DNA of 64,000 bases from the human T2T-CHM13v2.0 reference genome, Homo sapiens, in assembly GCF_009914755.1 (NCBI RefSeq), contig NC_060930.1. One strand, 5' to 3'. Position 1 is the first letter of the stretch. Each line of letters opens with the position of its first letter. Made by a program: the position numbers and the translations under genes. Shown here in pieces: positions 41,901-58,087 of this stretch. The notes below the pieces were generated by a model. It was not told the origin of the DNA. It saw nothing but the letters and a program-made list of their open reading frames with translations, and searched no databases.

Positions 41901-42763
41901 CTCATTTTATTTGGTTGGGACCTGTTTAGTCTTCTGTCCAGATTATTGTCATGGGGGGAGTGGAAATGCCTCATATTATAGGAGAAGAGAAGCTGATTTT
42001 GGAGCTAGGCAGATGGGAGCTGAAATCCCATCTGTATCATGCACTAGCTGTGTAACCTTCAGCAAGTGCCTTTGTTTCTGAACTTTTTTTTTTTTTTAAA
42101 TCTAAGAGATTGCTGGTGGTATCTGCTTTGTGCACCTGGAACAGAGCCCAGCCCTTGCGGACAGTTGATCCACAGCAGCTGCTGTCATTGTCTTCCCCAT
42201 TCCTGGGGAAGAGACAGGGAAGGCAAGGACCCCAGGAGCTCTCCGGGGCTGAGCTGGGGCCGTGGGCTCCTAGGACTGGGCAGGATGGGAAGGAGGAGCG
42301 AGAGAGAGATGGAGAAGGGTCACCTGAAAAAGCTCAGGAAGTTACATGAAGGTGCACATCCTGAGCATTTCTGCTGCTCTTTTGAAACCTCATTCTCCTA
42401 ACGCTGAATGCTGGGTGCTGCTTCCTAGGAGTAGACACTCCAAAGTAAGGGTGCATCTGATCTTCAGGACGGGGATCCATGGAGGAAATGCTGGCCATGT
42501 TGCTCTCCTCCGTTTAGGGTAGGAGCTTTCTTCAAACCACTCAGAAACACTATTATTTAAAATTAAAAAGTAAGCCATGTAAAAATTCCTCCATAGTTTT
42601 ATGGGATGAGTGAAAAACAAGATGCTCTAGTAGAAAACTTTCTTTTTTCTAAGTAGCATTTTGAGAAAAATACTCCTGCTTGCCCCAGTGAGCTTGTTTT
42701 TCTCCTCTCTCCCACCTTCCTTGCAAGATGGGCTGAATGATTATGATTTTCTTTTCAACTTAG

Positions 42764-42922
42764 GGGAGAAATGTTTTTTCTCATGATTATGTATTTTGGT
42801 GTGGCGATTTCAACTACCGCATTGATCTTACTTATGAAGAAGTCTTCTATTTTGTTAAACGCCAAGACTGGAAGAAACTTCTGGAATTTGATCAACTACA
42901 GCTACAGAAATCAAGTGGAAAA
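42764..42922 (+). CDS. SYNJ2: SYNJ2 exon 16, 5-phosphatase motif GDFNYR
   Basis: caacttag|GGG; AAA|gtaagt; 159 nt; [21 protein letters not shown]...[11 protein letters not shown]. Confidence 0.97.
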
Positions 42923-43018
42923 GTAAGTTGTGCTTTAAAAACATTTTTTAGCAGCTGCTCCAAGATGGAATGACATCTGTGAGATGTAGAGGCTGGTGCA
43001 GCAAATTCAGTTCCGTGA

Positions 43019-43421
<403 letters not shown>

Positions 43422-43532
43422 TAATACTGTTATTTTAGTGCCTGTTTGCTTCCTAGCAGGATGAGCTGAGATGAGGGGAGTACATTTAAATTCCATTTAG
43501 CTGTGGAGAAAGAAGCTGGTTAAATGTGTGAG

Positions 43533-43885
<353 letters not shown>

Positions 43886-44109
43886 TTACTGTGTCTTCCC
43901 ACTTGAGCCCCTTCCAGTGTGTGGAGTGCTAAAGGGTTGCCACATGGACGAGTGACCATACCAACCTCCTAAAGCAGGTTTTCCTGTCTTCCTACTACCA
44001 ACATTCTCACATCCTCTCAGTGATGCCCAAGAGAATGAGGGTGTGTTTGTCCCTTGGTCTTCCCATGGAAGCAAGGCCAATCCAAAGTTAAACAAAGAAA
44101 AGAAGGATG

Positions 44110-44356
44110 TGCATGGGGGCTCACATCTGTAAGGCGGGAGGATTGCCTAAGCCCAGGAGTTTGAGACCAGCCTGGGAAACATAGGGAGACTTTGTCTCTA
44201 CAAAAACTAAAATTAGCCAGGCATGATGGTGCGTGCCTGTAGTCCCAGCTACTTGGGAGGCTGAGGCAGGAGGATCACATGAGCCCCAGAGGTTGAAGCT
44301 GTAGGGAGCCGTGATTGCACCACTGTATTCCAGCCTGAGCAAAAGAGCGAGACCCC
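44110..44356 (+). mobile_element. Degenerate Alu (J-type)
   Basis: Sense, with deletions and no A-tail. Confidence 0.85.
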
Positions 44357-44799
44357 AGGGGGAGAGAGAGAGGAGAGCTGACTTTCACTCTGCGCTTCTA
44401 TGTACTTAGCTCATTTAGTCAACAAACATAGATGAAGGCCTCGGGGTTGTGGGCCAGACATGGCACCAGGCATGGGACTGTAAAGATGAGCACCCCTGAC
44501 CCGTGCCTCGGACCCTGCACTGTCTCCTGGGGGGCAACAAGAAGACAGTGGATAGATCAGACACTGGAGTGGGTGGGGAGATAGATACGAGGGCGGTGTG
44601 TCCCTCAGTGGGATGAGCTGAGGATCACTTTTTTGCTAATTAAAAGACACATATGTCCAGTTTCAGATAGATTTTCAAATGTAATGGAGCTTCTGTTACT
44701 TTTTAAGAATAGGGACTTGCCTTTTCAGTTTTCGTTTTTGTATATAACATTCAGGATCGAAAACTACGGTGGCCTGATGACTTCTTTTTCTCCCAATAG

Positions 44800-44956
44800 A
44801 TTTTTAAGGACTTTCACGAAGGAGCCATTAACTTTGGACCCACCTACAAGTATGACGTCGGCTCAGCCGCCTACGATACAAGCGACAAATGCCGCACCCC
44901 CGCCTGGACAGACAGGGTGCTGTGGTGGAGGAAGAAACATCCCTTTGATAAAACAG
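44800..44956 (+). CDS. SYNJ2: SYNJ2 exon 17, 5-phosphatase motif PAWTDRVL
   Basis: cccaatag|ATT; CAG|gtgagg; 157 nt; [19 protein letters not shown]...[21 protein letters not shown]. Confidence 0.97.
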
Positions 44957-45154
44957 GTGAGGGGGCCGTGCCCGTTCGAGAGTCGGCAGAGGGTGAATAA
45001 GAAATGCGACGGAGGGAGAGTCACGTTTACCCAACCCCAGGCGCTGCTACATAAATCAGTTTCTTCATAACCCCAGATGACACAAAAGTCATCCCAGACC
45101 TTAACCCCTAAGCTTTGGAAGTTGTGCTTTCAGGGAGCCTCTGCTTCTGGCCTC

Positions 45155-45467
45155 TTTTTTTCCCTTTTCTTTTCTTTTTTTTTTTTGAGACAGAGCTTCA
45201 CTCTTGTTGCCTAGGCTGGAGTGCAATGGCGCGATCTTGGCTCACCACAACCTCCACCTCCTGGGTTCAAGCCATTCTCCTGCCTCAGCCTCCTGAGTGC
45301 TGGGATTACAGGCATGCACCACCATGCCCAGCTAATTTTGTATTTTTAGTAGAGACGGGGTTTCTCCATGTTGGTCAGGCTGGTCTCGAACTCCCAACCT
45401 CAGGTGATCTGCCCACCTCGGCCTCCCAAAGTGCTGGGAATACAGGCATAAGCCACTGCGCCTGGCC
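45155..45467 (-). mobile_element. Alu (S-type)
   Basis: Antisense dimer. Confidence 0.92.
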
Positions 45468-46325
45468 TCCTCTGGTCTCTTTCTAGAGACAGTGACCTGC
45501 AAATAGGTCTGCTCCTGGCTGCCCCTGCATCACAGCTCCCCCCCACACCCCCACCTCTTTTTTCTGGGTGGGGAAAGCGGGGAGCATGAGGTTGCCTCCC
45601 TCCCTGCCCCCCATGCTCCCCCTCATGTTCTTTATCCAGCCTATTTTGTTCAGCTACACTCTTACCTGCTTAAAGCCCTAATTCCAAATTGGACACGAGC
45701 AAGACACAGTAAAAATAAGTTAGTTTTAAAAAATCATTAGTTGTCAAGTATGTTTTGAACAACTGTTGATGCCCAGCTAGGAAGTGAAATTTATTTAAAG
45801 TTAGAATATCTGTAACTAGTACATAAAAAAAAAAAAAAAACCTAATTACACATTTTGGGAGAGCATAGCCAGGAAATTGCATCTGTGAAAAGAAAATACA
45901 AATTTTCCTCTAGATGAGTTTGTGAACGCCTGTGTGGCCCCAGCGCTCTGAGAGGTGGGGCCTAGAATGAGTCCGAGTGTTCTCAGCTCCTGCAGCTCTT
46001 ACCATAACAATTGCTGCCAACCTTCTGGGATTCCTGGGTCCTGGAAACCCGGCAGCAACACTGTGTCTCAAGCCTACAGTGGGCATGCTGGCGAGGACTG
46101 CAGGCATGGTCATGACTGTTTTGAATAATTACATGCGAGGAATGTTTTTAACCAAAGGCCCCAAAGCATCCGAAGCCTGGCTTCAAGGTGGAGGAGTAAG
46201 GAGGATGAGTCTGGGACGTGGGGTGGTTTCGTGGCGCAGACCTCTATTGTGGAAGTGTCATGATCGCATTCTTGGATATTGACTCGATTCTATATGGGTC
46301 TCTCGAATGGAACCCCTGCGAGTAG

Positions 46326-46443
46326 CTGGAGAACTCAACCTTCTAGACAGTGATCTAGATGTTGACACCAAAGTCAGACACACCTGGTCTCCTGGTGCCC
46401 TGCAGTATTATGGTCGTGCGGAGCTACAAGCTTCTGATCACAG
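46326..46443 (+). CDS. SYNJ2: SYNJ2 exon 18
   Basis: gcgagtag|CT (weak acceptor); CAG|gtgagg; 118 nt; (A)[11 protein letters not shown]...[12 protein letters not shown](R), leading into the SDHRPV motif. Confidence 0.93.
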
Positions 46444-46933
46444 GTGAGGTCCTGACTTCCATGGCGTTTTCTCCTGTGCTGGGCAAGGCAGCGTCTCCCT
46501 CTCCGCAGGAAAATGCATGCTGTCCCCATAAGGATGTGTGTGCGCATGGGGGTGCATTTTGTGTGCATACAATACACCAAAGAACAAAGAATGATGGAAC
46601 AAATATCTGTGGACCCACCACCAAGAACTAATTAATCTTAGCATTTTGTCATTGCTCCATATCATAAATGACATCATTGATGAAAATTTCAAAGATGCAA
46701 CCTACGTATTTTGTGGCTTTTATATTTTCTTAAATGATGTCGTTGTGCAACTTGCTTTTTTGTTACTATTTTTGAGATACAGTCGTGTTGATGTTATAGC
46801 TCTGGTGCATTCATTTGTAACTGCTGTCTAGTATCCCACTAAATATATCCATGGAACTTACAACTTATCCATTCACCTCTTGATGAATATTTTCTCCAGG
46901 ATTTTATGATTACAAACACCATAGGGTTTTTAA

Positions 46934-47257
<324 letters not shown>

Positions 47258-47522
47258 TAGGATGCAGGGCTTTTTAAATGCTCTGTGCATCATGCATTGA
47301 GGATAGAGTGGAGGCAGCAGAGGGAGCACCGTGGGCACCAGCACCTGTGCCCTGGGATTGCTGCAGAGGAAGACTCACCCTGCAGAATGTCTTTAAAGAC
47401 AGAGGAGAGGATGGCATTTGAGGGTGTGAAGAAGGAAGAGTTTGATCTTCCCAAGGCTGCTGCCTAAACTCTCATGTCAGTTTCAACTTTTACAAGGAAA
47501 GAAATTAAGAAAAAGAAGGTAA

Positions 47523-47822
<300 letters not shown>

Positions 47823-48354
47823 ACTCTTTAGATAATTCTAAATTCTTTAGATACCTGTTGTTGCAAATACATACCTAGAAGTGAATCTTGAGGAATCTTC
47901 AGATATGTGACATCAAGGTTTGCTAGCTCAATGTATTTTGAAACCTTAATTTAACCAATATTTCTTGAGGGGCCCTTACATGCCAGGCCCTGTTGCTGGC
48001 CTGGAGAAAAGCAGTGAACAAAACAGATGAGACCATGTTATCATGGAATTTTCTGGACAGGACAAACAGACAATAAACAAACATATGTGCTATGAAAGAA
48101 AAAAAGTAGTGGCAGGAGTCAGGCCAGAGTCGAGCTATTTTCAATCAGGCTGTGTAATTTTCGTAATATAGGATTTTCTGGAAATTTATAGAGTAATAAC
48201 CATCCCTATGTCAGAATTACTATAAGGATTGCATTATTTCCTGCTGGACTGTTTTCCTGTTTACATCATTGATTTTTACATTATTCCTAATGATTGCGTA
48301 GGGTATTATATGAAGGTATCATAACTGTTTCCCCATTAAGAAACAGAGCATTTT

Positions 48355-48718
<364 letters not shown>

Positions 48719-49150
48719 TTAAATCTTTGTCTGAATCCCTGGTCATTTCCTTAGAATAAAGTCCAAGAAGTGAGATTACTAGGTGAAAAGAGATGAACAA
48801 TTTTGGAACTCTATGTAAAGTGCCAAGTAACCCTTTGAAAAGCTTGCACCCCTGGCAGAGTGCAGATGTCTGCTTCCCCACCTCCTTGGTGGTACTGAGG
48901 ATTACCATGTCAAAAATCTTTGCTGATGGCTGGTTATTTTCCAAGTACTGGGATACATCTTTAAGGTGCCACACTTTATTTTCCCCCTCAAATCATCTTT
49001 AGATAAAAATGCCAAGGTGATACTAAGGTTAAGGAAAGATGAAGACTAAAACGCCAGAGCAGGGCAGCTAGCCTGCAGATCCACCTGCTGGTGGCCACAT
49101 TCGCAGGTTGTTGGTGTTGACTGTTTACAAAGAGCCCTGGGGGACAGCAG

Positions 49151-49241
49151 CTGGGGACTGGGGGCTGGAGATGTGGACATCTGTCCCAGGCTAACTGGGG
49201 ACTGGAGGCCGGGGGTGTGGACATCTGTCCCAGGCTAACTG
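49151..49241. repeat. 44-bp tandem duplication upstream of exon 19
   Basis: ctggggactggRggcYggRgRtgtggacatctgtcccaggctaa at 49151 and 49195. Confidence 0.93.
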
Positions 49242-49267
49242 TCATCCCTCTTTTGTTCCTAACTCAG

Positions 49268-49486
49268 ACCTGTGCTGGCGATCGTGGAGGTGGAAGTTCA
49301 GGAAGTCGATGTGGGTGCTCGGGAGAGGGTTTTCCAGGAAGTGTCCTCCTTCCAGGGCCCCCTGGATGCCACTGTTGTAGTAAACCTTCAATCACCGACC
49401 TTAGAAGAGAAAAACGAGTTTCCAGAGGACCTGCGTACTGAGCTCATGCAGACCTTGGGGAGTTATGGGACAATTGTTCTTGTCAG
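49268..49486 (+). CDS. SYNJ2: SYNJ2 exon 19
   Basis: aactcag|A; CAG|gtaact; 219 nt; [10 protein letters not shown]...[11 protein letters not shown]...YGTIVLV(R). Confidence 0.97.
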
Positions 49487-49590
49487 GTAACTGCTCCCCT
49501 GGCTGATGTGGGTTCCAGGGGATGTCGATGAGGATCCGTGAGAGCTGCCAGGTCGTTCTTGGCATTGACTTGGAGTATCATTTATTCCAG

Positions 49591-49669
49591 GATCAACCAA
49601 GGGCAGATGCTGGTAACTTTTGCAGACAGTCACTCGGCTCTCAGTGTCCTGGACGTGGACGGTATGAAG
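49591..49669 (+). CDS. SYNJ2: SYNJ2 exon 20, RRM-like region
   Basis: ttattccag|G; AAG|gtacgc; 79 nt; [26 protein letters not shown]. Confidence 0.97.
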
Positions 49670-49760
49670 GTACGCTGTACTTGGCCACACTGTGGAGTGG
49701 GGTCTGATCAATCCCTATTTTTATGTGGGCATGTCTTCTTCCTCCTCTTGCCCTGACCTG

Positions 49761-49764
<4 letters not shown>

Positions 49765-49791
<27 letters not shown>

Positions 49792-50108
49792 CCTGAGACA
49801 AAGTCTTGCTCTGTCATTCAGGCTGGAGTACAGTGATGCAATCACAGCTCGCTGCAGCCTTGAACTGCCAGGCTTAAGCAATCCTCCCATCTCAGCCTCT
49901 CAAGTAGCTGGGACCGCAGGCACGTGCCACCACACCCAGCTAATTTTTTTTTAATTTTGTAGAGAGAGGATCTCACTCTGTAGCCCCGGCTGGAGTGCAT
50001 TGGGACAGTTATGGCTCACTATAACCTCAGCCTCCTGGGCTCCAGTCATCCTCCCGCCTCGATCTCCCAATGTGTTGAGATTACAGGCATGAGCTTTCAT
50101 GCCTGGCC
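49765..50108 (-). mobile_element. Alu (J-type), atypical dimer
   Basis: Antisense; both monomers carry the ggagtRca...gctc right-arm insert. Confidence 0.88.
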
Positions 50109-50219
50109 ACCAATCTGTCTTTATGTATAGACGCCATATGCGGGAGGGAGTTTGGATTCTTCACTCTGGTTCTAAGGTGTCTCATGTCCGGCTCTAGCTA
50201 CTTGCAAAATAGGGCGGAA

Positions 50220-50852
<633 letters not shown>

Positions 50853-51041
50853 TCACTGTGTCTCACGTTGGAAGGCAGCTCTACCAGCAGCTGCAGAAGC
50901 TTAGCCATTTTAGAGTGTAGTTCTCGCCGAGTTACTTGATCTGTCTATGCTCGCACTGCCATGTGGGAGACTATTCCAATCTTTCTCTTTAGAGTATGTA
51001 TTTTGGAATATGCAGCTCATAGATAGTTTCCGTTTTTATAG

Positions 51042-51521
<480 letters not shown>

Positions 51522-51581
51522 TGATCAACAGGAGGGGTCATGATTTTTATTTATTCCTGGGTGGCCGCTCTGCCCTCCCAG

Positions 51582-51750
51582 GTGAAAGGCAGAGCAGTGA
51601 AGATTAGACCGAAGACCAAGGACTGGCTGAAAGGTTTGCGAGAGGAGATCATTCGGAAACGAGACAGCATGGCCCCCGTGTCTCCCACTGCCAACTCCTG
51701 TTTGCTGGAGGAAAACTTTGACTTCACAAGTTTGGACTATGAGTCAGAAG
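51582..51750 (+). CDS. SYNJ2: SYNJ2 exon 21
   Basis: ctcccag|GTG; AAG|gttagt; 169 nt; [16 protein letters not shown]...SLDYESE. Confidence 0.96.
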
Positions 51751-52153
51751 GTTAGTGACCCTGCAGGGAGGGACAGGCAAGCCGTTCTTCTAGCAACAGG
51801 CCTGAGCTTTTAAGGACACCTTCTAAAGCCTCCCTTGCAGAAGTGACGGAGGACACCCGCAGGGCAAGCCCTCTGTCCCATGTGATGAGCATGTTTGTAT
51901 GTGTGGACGATGCATGCCATGCTACCTGGGACCGGAGGCATCTAAACTTAGGCTACAAACAGTGGCTATGAGGATATCAGGGCTGTGGGTGTACCAATGG
52001 AACTGGGGTACCGTCCCTGCTGGCGCCTGGGCCCTGAGCTGCAGGGCAGGGTGCACGTGTCCTGACAGGAGCTGAACCAGTCCCACTGATGGAAGACTGA
52101 GTCTTTCCCCCTCATTGTTTTCACCCGAATTGTGATTCATTTCCTTCTCCCAG

Positions 52154-52327
52154 GGGATATTCTTGAAGACGATGAAGACTACTTGGTGGATGAATTCAAT
52201 CAGCCTGGGGTCTCGGACAGTGAACTCGGGGGAGACGACCTCTCTGATGTCCCCGGCCCCACAGCACTGGCTCCTCCCAGCAAGTCACCTGCTCTCACCA
52301 AAAAGAAGCAGCATCCAACGTACAAAG
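52154..52327 (+). CDS. SYNJ2: SYNJ2 exon 22
   Basis: ttctcccag|GG; AAG|gtagcc; 174 nt; [18 protein letters not shown]...KKKQHPTYK. Confidence 0.95.
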
Positions 52328-52644
52328 GTAGCCTGACCCTTCTTTTCTCAGGAGCCTCAGCGATGGAGTCAGCTCAGGACAGACTTTCCTTTTTCTCTTG
52401 GCGATTGGGCACTGTGTGATATCAAGTATGCAGGTCCCAGGAGAGACCTCAACCAGGCAGGCCAAGCGAGGGGTAGGGACTGAGCCCTGTGGAGGTAGCC
52501 AGCTCCAACACCCTGATTTCCTCTAGTTAGTTTATTTTTTTACAATAACTTGTACCCCCATAACACACCAGATTCAAGATAATTCTTGTTTCCTCTGGAT
52601 ATTCAAATGGCCACGGTTCTGAACTGGTTTTATATTTGTGATTA

Positions 52645-52985
<341 letters not shown>

Positions 52986-53176
52986 CTTCTGATTCAATCC
53001 CAGTAGAGACATAATCCATATCTATGTCCTGAGTTGCTGGCGTATGGTCACACTCATATAATATCATATTATTATACAGTCATGTCATACGGTCACATCA
53101 TTGTATCATTTTAGACTTCAGAGGGCCTGAAAGGTCACATTGATTGAACCACACACCCCTAGATTAAATAATACAA

Positions 53177-53495
<319 letters not shown>

Positions 53496-55007
53496 TAAAG
53501 CCCACTAATGTTACGTGGCTGGCAGGTCGGGTAGTTCATATTTCAGTGTCAGCTACATTGATGCTGTTCCATTCATAGCCAGGCATGCCTCTAGCTGTCA
53601 ATCACTGAGCCCCGAGTTGGAGGACAGCTCTAACCAGCAGGTGCAGGAGCTTAGCCATGCATTGGGCCCATTGAGCTGGGGCTGAGAGCAGAGAACAGGG
53701 CTGAAAGTGGATTAAGGTACCTCTCAGGGAGGGTACTTTGCCAGGAGAGGTGCGAAGACCTCCAGCCCCTTTGACCGTACGCTGGTCCCCACACTGACCA
53801 ATAACTTGCCTATACCGAACCATCAGGAGCTTTTAAACTTATGGATTTTTGAGCCCTACCAGAGAGATCTGGATTTGGTAGGAGTGGGGTGGGACCCTGG
53901 AAGCCTGGCGTTTCACCAAGCTTTCCAGGTGGTTTGGACGCACAGCTAGGTTTGGGGACTTCTGCCCAAGACTGAAGCAGCAGCCTTCGCCAGAGCATCG
54001 CGGTGGTTCTGCACGTTGCTCCTGCCAGGGGCTTCTGCCCGGGAGTTGAAGTGGCTGGAGGGATGTGCTCTTCCCATAAGAAGGACCTTTCTCTCGGGGG
54101 TGGCCGTCATGCAGGCAGCCTCTGGAGCCAGTGCAGGTGTGAGCACAGATAGTCCTTTGCATGAAGAAACTAATAGCGCAACACGGGACACGTGGGTGGC
54201 TTTGCTACCTGGTGGGCATTGAGAGGGTCTTCCCTTGATGCTGTGGGGTGTTCAGCCATTCCCATTTGTAGGAGAAATCCTGCCTTTCCCCAGTTCCAGT
54301 CTCCAGGACACATGGGGTGGAGCTGCTGGATACAGGGAGTGGGGTGTCCGAGTCAAAGTGAAATGGAGAGGCCCATGCTTTGGGGGAGCCCTAGGGCTGC
54401 TGATTTGATCTGTAAGGAAGCAGGAGCTGTGCCTCCTGAAAACCCCTCAGCCTCTTGGAAGGTGTGTGCAGGGCAGGTCAAGATGGCAGACCCTTGGGAG
54501 TGGCCAGCCATGGGCCCACAGGGTTTGGGATTTGATGAGTAAGCAGGACCCCTGGTCCTAGGCACTGGCCACTGCATGCCAGGCTGCTCTGCTGCCAGAG
54601 CAGGGAGAACACCCTCAGCTTCCTCAGCCGGTGTGTTCTAGAGTGAGGAATTGAAAACATCTGCCTGTGGTTGGTTGACTCTTCAGGGGTTGTGGTTTGC
54701 AACTGTCTCCTCCACTCTGCCCAAGTCTTGTTATTTCACAAGAAAACACACTTTGAAATAGCTCAGTGTCTCTCAAGTCTGAGAAATACCCATTATCCAT
54801 GGTTCACTGAATGTTCCAAGCAGGCACTGGGTGCCCTCCCCGCCCCCGCCCCTCGCCGGCAGACAGAGGTGCCCGTTTCTGGACAGAGCCTTCAGCTGTC
54901 CTACAGCAGGTCCCCCTGCCACAGTCGGCCTCCTGTGCTCAGATCCGTGTCTGACACGCTCACGTGTGGAACAGACCATTGTACTCATGCCCCGCCATGT
55001 CCTCCAG

Positions 55008-55142
55008 ATGACGCGGACCTGGTGGAGCTCAAGCGGGAGCTGGAAGCCGTCGGGGAGTTCCGCCACCGTTCTCCGAGCAGGTCTCTGTCGGTCCCCAACC
55101 GACCTCGGCCACCTCAACCCCCGCAGAGACCCCCCCCTCCAA
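55008..55142 (+). CDS. SYNJ2: SYNJ2 exon 23, proline-rich; symmetric phase 1-1, so it can be skipped in frame
   Basis: cctccag|AT; CAA|gtaaga; 135 nt; DADLVELKRELEAVGEF...PRPPQPPQRPPPP. Confidence 0.95.
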
Positions 55143-56185
55143 GTAAGACTCTGCTTGCTTTCAGCTCCCTGGATGCCTGCCAGGAATAACCGCGCGTTCC
55201 CTGCTACTGAAAACACGGCTCCGAATCCACTTCTCCCCGGCCTTCCGGTCCCCACAGGGCTTCCTCCTCCTTGGGCTCCGTTTTGTTGTAAATCCAGGAC
55301 ACGTTTGACGTCAGGGCTGGTTGTGTTTCTCATGGCAAATGAAACGGCTCCTTTCCAAAGCTGCTGTTCACCCTGGAGCTGTGCTATTGCTTCAAACTGC
55401 TCTCCCTTGGCAGCATTAGAGGATGCAGAATGGGGGCCGCAGCCATGGGAGGGACGTGAGCTTCGCAGTCAGAAGTCTCTCCTCAGCTGCTGCGCAGTCC
55501 TCCCTCTACTTATGAGGAATCTGGTAAACCCAGGTCCCCGCCTGGAGGTGACCCGGTCACCCCTCTGCGCTCCGAGGCCTCCTGTTCCCCGGGCTCAGAA
55601 CAAGTTCCCCCTTATCCTGGGTCTAGGAGCATTTTCTTCTGGTTGTTCGAACAATGCTTTGCCCGTCCAGCCCTCCCTGATAACCTGAAAGCAAAGCTGT
55701 GATGTGCTTTTGATCCACTTGCATTTTCCCACCACTGTTTACTTCTCCCTCCCCAAAAATGTGATGATCAGACTTAGATCTTCCTAAGCCATTACTTCAG
55801 AATTGGGCTCATTGTGGCTGACGTCACGGTAGTAACCAATGGCAAGCCACAAGCCCAGATATAAAAATAACCCAAAAATAAAATGCATAAGTCATGTATT
55901 ATTGTGGAAATTTTAGAGATAACTACAAAGAAGAACAAAATTTTAAAATTCACTTGATGACCTACGGGTCGTAGTTGTTGAAAAAAGTCTTCTTTTTCCA
56001 GTTTCATGTATCTGCAGCAACATACTTCTTTTTTTTTTTTTTTTTTTTTAACAAAATTAATACCCATTTTCTCTGGTCGGTTGTCTTTTATTTAATGGGT
56101 TATATTTTCTGTGTCATTGAATGTTCTAAAACATGATTTGTTAATGGCTGCAAGTATATTTTAACAGTTTATTCCCCTGCTTTGG

Positions 56186-56187
<2 letters not shown>

Positions 56188-56219
<32 letters not shown>

Positions 56220-56425
56220 AGATGGGCTCATTCTGTCCCCCGGGCTGGAGTGCAGTGGCGCGATCTCACAGCTCACTGAAGCCTTGACCTCCCCGGCTCA
56301 AGCAATCCTCCTACCTCAGCCTGCCAAGTAGCTAGGACTGCAGGCGCATACCATCAGGCTTGGCTATTTTTATTCATTTATTTATTTATTTTGTAGAGAC
56401 AGTTTCACCAAGTTGCCCAGGCTGG
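56188..56425 (-). mobile_element. Truncated Alu (J-type)
   Basis: Antisense right arm plus part of the left arm. Confidence 0.88.
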
Positions 56426-56799
56426 GGTTTTTGAAATATTTTTTCCCCACAAAATATTTTAAAAATCTGGTCCTAGCAATAGTGTTTGGAACCATTTCAA
56501 AATCAATTGGTTTTTATATCAGATCTGAATCCCCCAAGATGTTAAAGTTTGCATTCTAGTAATGCTTCTCCAGATCATCTACATCAATAGGCACACACTG
56601 GTAGAATCAAGTGAGAAACTCCATAGAGAGTCAAGGAAGGCCTGGCTCTGTGGGTGCCCTAAGTGCCGAGTGAGTATTCGGACCTCACCGTGTCTGTGGT
56701 CTGCTGGGACATCCGCCTCGTCTAGTCGGGCTCCTGGCAGCTGGCTGGGAAGTTGTGCCTTCACTGAGATTGAGACTCTGCCCTCGTTGGTTTTTACAG

Positions 56800-56912
56800 C
56801 CGGTTTAATGGTGAAAAAGTCGGCTTCAGATGCGTCCATCTCCTCCGGCACCCATGGGCAGTATTCAATTTTGCAGACGGCAAGACTTCTACCAGGAGCA
56901 CCTCAGCAACCT
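56800..56912 (+). CDS. SYNJ2: SYNJ2 exon 24
   Basis: tttttacag|CC; CCT|gtgagt; 113 nt; [37 protein letters not shown]. Confidence 0.95.
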
Positions 56913-57978
56913 GTGAGTTCTTCTGCATACATTTCAATCCCAAGGGTTTTGCCCCCGGGATAGTGTGGGATCTCTCTTCTCAGTGAATATATAGATTTAT
57001 GTGTCTTTAACCCTCTACCTGCTCACCATCTCATCTCCAAACCCCATAACCCTTCCTCGCAGGTTCTCCATAGGGCTTTTAAATGGTTGTATGGAGTGTT
57101 CTAGAAAAAATCACTTTTGATGAAAAATCCCAAATATCCCTGGTTTCCATACTCATCCATTTCTCTCTCTTCCCATTCTTGCCTCTGACCTTGGTGTATG
57201 GGCAGAGCATTGCTTGGTAGAAGGGAAAATGGGAGAAATTCAGGTCGTTATCCTGGGAAAATGATGATCATTCTGGAGTGAAGTTGGTTGAGAGAAGAGG
57301 CTAAAAAGAGATGTAAATAATGAAGTTGGGGAACACACTAGGAAGACTAACAGCCATAGAGGATTGTGGAGGTGCCTGGTTCCAGAGGGTACCATGAGCT
57401 GCTGGGGAAGAGAGCAGGTGAAGGCAGGGAAGTAGAGGGGAGAGAGGGGAAGCTGGGTGCTAGGGGGAAACTGCTATGACCGGGATGCCTCTGGGGTGCT
57501 GGGCCTGGTTAAGTGCTTGTGCGGCCCCAGCAGGTGGAGGGGTGACTGGAGGCCAGTGTTTTACAGTAGTGAAAATAGGTCATAAAGGCAACCCACATGC
57601 TGGATGAAGAAGTAGAAAAAGCACTTTTAAGGAAGGTATTTTAACAACTCAGTGGGACCATGGAAAGAGTGGCCTCTTATTTTGCTTTCTGGCTTTCACC
57701 TGGTTATTGAAAAAAAGATAGAAGATGGTCTGTCCATATGCAAAAATCTGTAATCACCCGGCTTTGAAGACCAGGGTCATCAGGTCTAAGTAGTATGGCA
57801 CTCTTGGAAAGAGAGTGCTCCAGGAAAGAGAGGATTGCAGGGTGTGGTGGAGGCTGGAGTTTGTATGGTCAGCATCGTCTGGTGGAGCCCTGCACAGACC
57901 CACGGGTAGCAGATACGTCCCACGAGGCTGTCCTCCTGCCTCTGCTGATACTCTGCTCTTCCTCATTCTGTCCTCAAG

Positions 57979-58087
57979 CCCAAGGCTCGGACTGGAATAA
58001 GTAAACCTTATAATGTCAAGCAGATCAAAACCACCAATGCCCAGGAGGCAGAAGCAGCAATCCGGTGTCTCCTGGAAGCCAGAGGAG
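57979..58087 (+). CDS. SYNJ2: SYNJ2 exon 25
   Basis: tcctcaag|CCC; GAG|gtaggt; 109 nt; [36 protein letters not shown]. Confidence 0.94.

Noticed and set aside
54831-55688. 285-aa ORF overlapping exon 23 in another frame
   Set aside because: GTG start, GC-rich, no recognisable homology; expected by chance
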